Positions 58,953-63,853 of a stretch of DNA of 63,853 nucleotides are shown here, piece after piece. The translations under genes and the position numbers were made by a program. The notes under the pieces are model-generated. The model was not told the origin of the DNA and did no database searches. It saw only the letters and a list, made by a program, of their open reading frames with translations. How positions within the stretch are numbered: position 1 is the first letter of the stretch; each line of letters opens with the position of its first letter. This stretch comes from a virus (lineage: Duplodnaviria; Caudoviricetes). Location of the stretch: positions 1-63,853 of the IMG/VR virus record IMGVR_UViG_3300036821_000178, one strand, 5' to 3'.

Positions 58953-59006
58953 CTAGGCGCGTTGCGGCGCGCACGGGATCACCCGTGCGCGCCGTTGCCC
59001 GCCTAG
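58953..59006 (+). repeat. Array hairpin R10 (class A with extra G-C pair)
   Basis: CTAGGCGCGTTGC-[stem]-GTTGCCCGCCTAG. Confidence 0.9.
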
Positions 59007-59027
59007 GGCAGATGAGAGGAGAGATAC

Positions 59028-59447
59028 ATGAGCGAGATCACCGGCTACACGTTCAGCGCTGACCAGTACTGCCCCGACGACATGCGCCAGATGACGCTAG
59101 AGCGTCTCTGGACACTAGGCGAGCGACGTGCTGACAGGTTCGCGCCGGGTGCGGAAGATGTCCTAGATGAACTGGCACGCATCCTCGGCGTTAACCGCGC
59201 CGATGAATACTCATTCGACTCCGGTTACTTCCCGAAGGTCATATTCGGCAGCATGGCGCACGACGGATGCAGCACGGCCAGCGGGTACGACCCGGGCCAG
59301 TGCGGGGACGCATGCGGAGCATGCGGTTACCCGCTGGGCGGCCCATGCCCGAACGGATACGAGGGCCCGAACACCATTCCGGCCGGGACAGGTGACGCTG
59401 TCGCCCGCACTGCTCACTACGAGGAGCGCACGGCCGACCGGCGCTAG
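59028..59447 (+). CDS. Array ORF 11, hypothetical
   Basis: Array RBS; DEYSFDSGYFPKVIF, CGACG; stop inside R11. Confidence 0.7.
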   Translation: MSEITGYTFSADQYCPDDMRQMTLERLWTLGERRADRFAPGAEDVLDELARILGVNRADEYSFDSGYFPKVIFGSMAHDGCSTASGYDPGQCGDACGACGYPLGGPCPNGYEGPNTIPAGTGDAVARTAHYEERTADRR

Positions 59448-59496
59448 CGCGTTGCGTGCGGCGCGGGATCTTCCCGCGCGGCGCGTTGCCCGCTAG
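59444..59496 (+). repeat. Array hairpin R11 (class A)
   Basis: Class A arms. Confidence 0.9.
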
Positions 59497-59522
59497 GGCA
59501 CGAGAGAGGAGAGACTGTAACC

Positions 59523-59903
59523 ATGAGTGACAGCCTTAACGACATCATGGAATTTGACCACGTGATACAGGTCAGCCCCGATGGCACCGTCAGTGACGGG
59601 CCGGCGGGCATCTACGCCCCGGAATCGGTGATCGATACCGACGATGACGGTCAGATCGGGCTGCCCGACGAGACGGAATGGCAGGAATCCCTTAGCCGGC
59701 AGGGCTGGGAAGTCCTGACGGGCTACTCCGGTCAGGATCGCTACCCGGGTCCGATCATGCACGCCTCCGAGTCCATCGGCGGCGCGCTGGCCGGCCACAT
59801 CCGGGCGACCCCCGGGCTGTGGGTCGCGGTGTCCGTCGAGACGCTAGACGATTCCGGAGAGGCGACCGGCTGGGCGGTATGCCACCGTGACCTGCCGGAA
59901 TGA
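59523..59903 (+). CDS. Array ORF 12, hypothetical
   Basis: Array RBS; LTGYSGQDRYPGPIMHASESIGG. Confidence 0.7.
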   Translation: MSDSLNDIMEFDHVIQVSPDGTVSDGPAGIYAPESVIDTDDDGQIGLPDETEWQESLSRQGWEVLTGYSGQDRYPGPIMHASESIGGALAGHIRATPGLWVAVSVETLDDSGEATGWAVCHRDLPE

Positions 59904-59909
59904 CAAGCG

Positions 59910-59964
59910 CTAGCGCGTTGCGTGCGGCCTGGACGACACATCCGGGGCGCGCGTTGCCCGCTAG
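59910..59964 (+). repeat. Array hairpin R12 (class A)
   Basis: Class A arms. Confidence 0.9.
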
Positions 59965-59991
59965 GGCACCTAACCGAGAGGAGAGATCACG

Positions 59992-60360
59992 ATGGACTCA
60001 CCAATAGAGACACGTCATGTGGAATCCGGCGGTCTGGGCTTCACTATCTCGCTCTACCGGGATCCGGACGTGGATATCACCGATTCCGACGCCTATTCGG
60101 AAGCCGACATCGCTGCATGGAAGCGTGATGAATGGACTTTCGTAACGGTGGAGGTCCGTTCGGACGTCGGCGGGATCTATGACGACCTCGGCGCGTGCGC
60201 GTTCGGGACCGGCGACGGATGGACCGTCAGTATGGACAGGATGGTTACCGAGTATCCCGTGCCCGACATGCTGAGCGCGGTCAAGCGCAAGATGCGGCGC
60301 GACCTGCCCGCCATGCGCGCCGAGATCGACGCTGCCATAGCCGCAACCAAGAGCGCCTAG
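59992..60360 (+). CDS. Array ORF 13, paralog of ORF 16
   Basis: Array RBS; DIAAWKRDEWTFV, EYPVPD; stop inside R13. Confidence 0.75.
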   Translation: MDSPIETRHVESGGLGFTISLYRDPDVDITDSDAYSEADIAAWKRDEWTFVTVEVRSDVGGIYDDLGACAFGTGDGWTVSMDRMVTEYPVPDMLSAVKRKMRRDLPAMRAEIDAAIAATKSA

Positions 60361-60410
60361 CGCGTTGCGTGATCCCCGGGCGCAAGCCCGGGGGTGGCGC
60401 TGCCCGCTAG
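60357..60410 (+). repeat. Array hairpin R13 (class A)
   Basis: Class A arms. Confidence 0.9.
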
Positions 60411-60432
60411 GGCAATGAGAGGAGAGATCACG

Positions 60433-60855
60433 ATGGCGCAGTTCAGGACCGGCGACGAAATCGCGGTCGACGACCCGAAGTACCCCGGCGTGTGGATTGT
60501 CCGGAAGGTCAACCCGACCACGTACGCGGCCGACCCGAAGGAAGGCGGGCGCGGGCTGAAGCTGCCGCACGCCATGGCGCTGCCGGCCAGCGAGGCCCGG
60601 GAGGCGGGCCCCGTGGGCATCGCGGCACCCGAGCGCCCGGAAGGACTCCGCACGGGCGCGCTCGTGCGCATCAAGCCGGGCCGCGTGCGCGGGATCAGTG
60701 ACCCCGCCGCGCTGTTCGTGGTGTTCGCGGACAAGTACGACACGGTGAACGTGACCATGCTCGGAGGCGACCCGGGCCGGCGCTACTGGCGCTTGCCGCC
60801 CAGCTGTATTACCGAGGTGATTGACCCGGCCCGGGTGACCGTGGCCGCGTCCTAG
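60433..60855 (+). CDS. Array ORF 14, possible tandem SH3-like barrels
   Basis: Array RBS; FRTGDEI and LRTGALV repeats; stop inside R14. Confidence 0.65.
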   Translation: MAQFRTGDEIAVDDPKYPGVWIVRKVNPTTYAADPKEGGRGLKLPHAMALPASEAREAGPVGIAAPERPEGLRTGALVRIKPGRVRGISDPAALFVVFADKYDTVNVTMLGGDPGRRYWRLPPSCITEVIDPARVTVAAS

Positions 60856-60901
60856 CGCGTTGCATGGCCCCTAGGCGACCGGGGACCGTGTTGCCCGCTA
60901 G
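60852..60901 (+). repeat. Array hairpin R14 (class A)
   Basis: Class A arms. Confidence 0.9.
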
Positions 60902-60927
60902 GGCAGAGGTACTAAGAGAGGAGAGAT

Positions 60928-61122
60928 ATGGAATACGTGGGATTCACGGTGTCCTTTTCGCTCGACAACGCCGAGGCGGAGGAGATGGGCACGGACATGG
61001 CCGTTCCCGCTTACCTCCGGCAAGTCGCTGACAAGGCGGAGGACGGTCAGACATCCGGCACTGTCCGCGACGGCAACGGCGTGACCATCGGCAGTTTCGA
61101 GGTCACCCGCACGCCGGCCTAG
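60928..61122 (+). CDS. Array ORF 15, hypothetical
   Basis: Array RBS; LRQVADK...GTVRDGNGVTIG; stop inside R15. Confidence 0.7.
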   Translation: MEYVGFTVSFSLDNAEAEEMGTDMAVPAYLRQVADKAEDGQTSGTVRDGNGVTIGSFEVTRTPA

Positions 61123-61171
61123 GCGCGTTGCGTGGTCCCCGGTTCACCCGGGGCCCGCGTTGCCCGCCTAG
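61119..61171 (+). repeat. Array hairpin R15 (class A with extra G-C pair)
   Basis: CTAGGCGCGTTGC-[stem]-GTTGCCCGCCTAG. Confidence 0.9.
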
Positions 61172-61199
61172 GGCAGATCGGAACGAGAGGAGAGGCAGA

Positions 61200-61604
61200 A
61201 TGAGCAGGCCATTTGAGACCCGTCATATCGAGGACAAGGGGCTTGGCTTCACGGTGGAGCTGTGGCCAGACGAGGACTCGACGACCGACGACGCCGAGTG
61301 CTACTCGCCCTCGGACATCGCGGCATGGCAGCGTGACGAGTGGTCGTTTATCGGCGTCGTCGTGCGCTCCGACACCGGGGACTTGCAAGAGTCCCTGTGG
61401 TCAGTCGAGTACGGCTCCTGTCCGGCCGAGACAGAGCCGTTCCAGGGCGGCATGCACGAGGCGTGGACCGTCGATACGGACAAGATCGTTTCCGAGTACC
61501 CAGTGCCGGACCTGCTGTCCGAACTGCGCTCACGCATGCACAAGGAACTTCCGGCGCTGCGCGAGCAGGTCAACGCGGCCATAGCCGCGACCGAGAGAGA
61601 CTAA
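61200..61604 (+). CDS. Array ORF 16, paralog of ORF 13
   Basis: Array RBS; DIAAWQRDEWSFI, EYPVPD. Confidence 0.75.
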   Translation: MSRPFETRHIEDKGLGFTVELWPDEDSTTDDAECYSPSDIAAWQRDEWSFIGVVVRSDTGDLQESLWSVEYGSCPAETEPFQGGMHEAWTVDTDKIVSEYPVPDLLSELRSRMHKELPALREQVNAAIAATERD

Positions 61605-61608
61605 GGGG

Positions 61609-61664
61609 CTAGACACTGCCCGTGTCACCCGGGGCGATTCCCGGATGGCGCGGAGTGTGCCTAG
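61609..61664 (+). repeat. Array hairpin R16 (class B)
   Basis: Class B arms. Confidence 0.9.
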
Positions 61665-61698
61665 ATCGCACACTGGCGAGAGGAGAGGTAAGAGACGC

Positions 61699-61947
61699 AT
61701 GGACATTTACACCGCCCTGTGCGACCCGATCGACGGGCACAGCCAGAAAACGGACCTGGTAGGGGTTTTCAGCACCGAGCCCAAGGCGCGCGACGCATGC
61801 CAGGTCCACGCCGACGAGGACGGAGACACCGGCCCGGACGACCCGGGCCGGCTGGTCCTGCAATGGAACGAGGACAGCGCCGAGGGGCGCGACGGCCGCA
61901 AGTACGTCGTGATTCTGGGCGACCTTGACCGGCGAACGGGCACCTAA
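61699..61947 (+). CDS. Array ORF 17, hypothetical
   Basis: Array RBS; LVGVFSTEPKA; TAA stop inside R17. Confidence 0.7.
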   Translation: MDIYTALCDPIDGHSQKTDLVGVFSTEPKARDACQVHADEDGDTGPDDPGRLVLQWNEDSAEGRDGRKYVVILGDLDRRTGT

Positions 61948-61997
61948 CGCACAGCGTGACCCCCGGGCAGGTGCCCGGGGGCTGCGCTGCCCGCTAG
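61944..61997 (+). repeat. Array hairpin R17 (class A, degenerate left arm)
   Basis: CTAACGCACAGC-[stem]-GCTGCCCGCTAG. Confidence 0.8.
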
Positions 61998-62018
61998 GGC
62001 AGACGAGAGGAGAGATGG

Positions 62019-62669
62019 ATGCTGTCAGAGATGATGGAAGTCCGCGACGCTACCCGGGCGTGGCAGCACGCGGCCGGCCGGCAGCGGGCGGACGCGGCTA
62101 GCGAGCTGGCCCTGCGCGCTGAGGAGCTGATGCAGGCCCTCGCATGGTGGGGCGTGGACACACCCGAGGCGCGCGCCCTGAAAGGCGCGCTGGGCGTGTA
62201 CCAGGCCGATCCGGAGACGTGGTATCGCAGTCCCGATGCCCCCGGCTCGCGCGCGGTCACAGATGCCATCGTGACCGCGTTCGATGCGTTCGCCCGGAGC
62301 GCCCACGGCCGCCAGGCCGAGGCCGGCGACCGGGATCCCGTAAGGGCCATGCCGGCCGAGGCCGGGCGCTGGGTATCGGAGGCGGCGTTCGGAGTGCCGG
62401 CCAACTGCGGCCAGATGGTGCTGCTGGCCTGCGCCCGCGGGTGGGTCAATCCCGCCGCGCTGGCACTGGCCGGGCGTGCCGTGGGCACGGGCCCGGCGCT
62501 GACCGAGGACGAGTCGTGCGCGCTGTGCGAGAAGTACGCGATCGAGGCTGAGTACTGGCTCAATGGGCACTGCGCCCCGCCCGGCTACCTGTTCGGGTGG
62601 AAAGATCTTTCGTTCTACTTCGAGAGCGCGGAATGGTGGGCCGAGCACGACGGGCCCGACCAGCTTTAG
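62019..62669 (+). CDS. Array ORF 18, hypothetical
   Basis: Array RBS; 216 aa. Confidence 0.7.
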   Translation: MLSEMMEVRDATRAWQHAAGRQRADAASELALRAEELMQALAWWGVDTPEARALKGALGVYQADPETWYRSPDAPGSRAVTDAIVTAFDAFARSAHGRQAEAGDRDPVRAMPAEAGRWVSEAAFGVPANCGQMVLLACARGWVNPAALALAGRAVGTGPALTEDESCALCEKYAIEAEYWLNGHCAPPGYLFGWKDLSFYFESAEWWAEHDGPDQL

Positions 62670-62728
62670 CTAGACACTGCCCGTGGCCACCCGGCGATGG
62701 ATGCCGGGTGACTGCGGAGTGTGCCTAG
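62670..62728 (+). repeat. Array hairpin R18 (class B)
   Basis: Class B arms. Confidence 0.9.
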
Positions 62729-62763
62729 ACCCCTAGGAACACTGACGAGAGGAGAGACGGGCT

Positions 62764-63033
62764 ATGCCGAAATACGACGTGGAAGTCAGCCACACAATCA
62801 CGGTCACGGTGCCGGTTCAGGCGGATTCGCCGGCAAAGGCGCACGAGACCGTAAGCCGGCGCGATTTCCCGCTGCCCCCGCGCGATCAGTGGACGGGCGG
62901 CAAAGACTGGTCTTATGTCGTATATGGCGAGGACGGCACCAAGCTGGGCGGCGACGACGGCGACGGAAGCGGCTACGGGTCCTGTGAGGACCTCCCCAGC
63001 GAGCACGAGTACGGCTGGTATGAGGAGAACTAG
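62764..63033 (+). CDS. Array ORF 19, hypothetical
   Basis: Array RBS; YDVEVSHTITVTVPVQADS..KA. Confidence 0.7.
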   Translation: MPKYDVEVSHTITVTVPVQADSPAKAHETVSRRDFPLPPRDQWTGGKDWSYVVYGEDGTKLGGDDGDGSGYGSCEDLPSEHEYGWYEEN

Positions 63034-63040
63034 ACCGGAC

Positions 63041-63093
63041 CTAGCGCGTTGCGGGGTGCGCGAGCATGTCTCGCGCACCCCGTTGCCCGCTAG
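63041..63093 (+). repeat. Array hairpin R19 (class A)
   Basis: Class A arms; inner stem related to R4. Confidence 0.9.
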
Positions 63094-63118
63094 GGGCAGC
63101 GCGAGAGGAGAAACGACC

Positions 63119-63376
63119 ATGAGGACTGCCGCCCAGAACAGCGTGAATCGCGCGGCGAAGTTCCATCCGGAAACGACTGACGACGAGCGGCCGGCTATCG
63201 AGGTTGCCGGCGTGCTGGTGTTCACCTACGTGAACGAGGATGGAATCCTGTGCGTCTCAGTCGATCTGGATACACCGGACCGTGACGTGTTCCCCGCCGA
63301 ATGCGTGCCACTGCGCGTGACGGTACAGGGTAATACGGTGTTCGCGGCCGACCAGGACGGCACCACCTGTAGCTAG
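63119..63376 (+). CDS. Array ORF 20, hypothetical
   Basis: Array RBS; stop inside R20. Confidence 0.7.
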   Translation: MRTAAQNSVNRAAKFHPETTDDERPAIEVAGVLVFTYVNEDGILCVSVDLDTPDRDVFPAECVPLRVTVQGNTVFAADQDGTTCS

Positions 63377-63426
63377 ACACTGCCCGTGGCGCGCGGGGAA
63401 ACCCGCGCGTTGCGGAGTGTGCCTAG
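63373..63426 (+). repeat. Array hairpin R20 (class B)
   Basis: Class B arms. Confidence 0.9.
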
Positions 63427-63457
63427 AACGGCACGCGAGAGAGGAGAGATGAGGGGA

Positions 63458-63853
63458 ATGGAACGATTCCGGCTAGTGGTCAAGGTCAGCCCGGATGACC
63501 CGGGCAGTGCGGCGCAAGAGGCGAAAGATCTCCTGTACGCGCCGGGCGCGCCCACCAGCAAGAGCGTTGCGGCCACGGTCGCATACCTCGCCACGCTGGA
63601 CGGCGGCGCGTCTGCGGGCTCACACGTCTATACCACGCTGCCCGTGTTTCTGGGCGAGCTGTGGGAGCGTGCAGGTAACTACCTGCTCACGTGGCGCGGG
63701 CCCGCTATCAAGCTGTACGAGATCCACGCCGACGAGCCTGCCGAAAAGGTTCTGTGTGGAGCACACGCGGGCGTTCACGACGAGAGGCCGGATTGCGCCT
63801 GGCCCCATTTCTTCCACGGACAGGGCCCGATGCCCGTTGTCGGTCACCCGCTT
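63458..63853 (+). CDS. Array ORF 21, hypothetical, runs off window end
   Basis: Array RBS; frame open from MERFRLVVKV to the end. Confidence 0.65.
   Translation, partial: MERFRLVVKVSPDDPGSAAQEAKDLLYAPGAPTSKSVAATVAYLATLDGGASAGSHVYTTLPVFLGELWERAGNYLLTWRGPAIKLYEIHADEPAEKVLCGAHAGVHDERPDCAWPHFFHGQGPMPVVGHPL

Larger units (their letters stand above)
55410..63853 (+). other. Hairpin-delimited small-gene cassette array
   Basis: 20 related intergenic hairpin elements alternating with short ORFs, nearly all preceded by GAGAGGAGA(G). Confidence 0.9.

Noticed and set aside
55721-63426. CRISPR array interpretation of the repeats
   Set aside because: Intervals are 200-700 nt ORFs with RBSs, repeat interiors vary, and no cas genes are visible.
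55721-63426. Canonical integron attC sites
   Set aside because: No RYYYAAC...GTTRRRY boxes, G-T pairs favour the top strand, and no IntI-like gene is in the window; kept only as an analogy.
55721-63426. Simple intrinsic terminators between array genes
   Set aside because: No U-tracts, and conserved mismatched or bulged outer arms are not needed for termination.

Overview
A high-GC segment of a large tailed phage or prophage, most likely of an actinobacterial host (inferred from GC content, many leaderless TANNNT promoters and gene content). 1-21.6 kb is a leftward head and packaging module: major capsid, protease/scaffold fusion, MuF-like protein with an intein, portal with a LAGLIDADG intein, and terminase large and small subunits, interleaved with accessory genes including an AbiEii-type toxin pair. 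21.7-32 kb holds accessory genes (vWA, SPFH, QueD plus a DpdA/TGT-like gene, PadR, STAS, NUDIX). 32.2-37.0 kb is a cluster of 36 tRNA genes covering all 20 amino acids, with two HNH genes and one circularly permuted tRNA-like element. 37-54.3 kb holds more accessory and regulatory genes. After a non-coding strand switch of about 1.1 kb, 55.4 kb to the window end is the most striking structure: about 21 short co-oriented ORF slots separated by 20 related 50-68 nt hairpin elements. These have conserved CTAG-bounded arms, variable inner stems and a near-invariant GAGAGGAGAG ribosome-binding site, forming a cassette-like gene array that is neither CRISPR nor a canonical integron. Also notable is an endonuclease-like gene encoded antisense across almost the whole MuF intein. 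All product calls come from motif recognition by eye; no database search was run.
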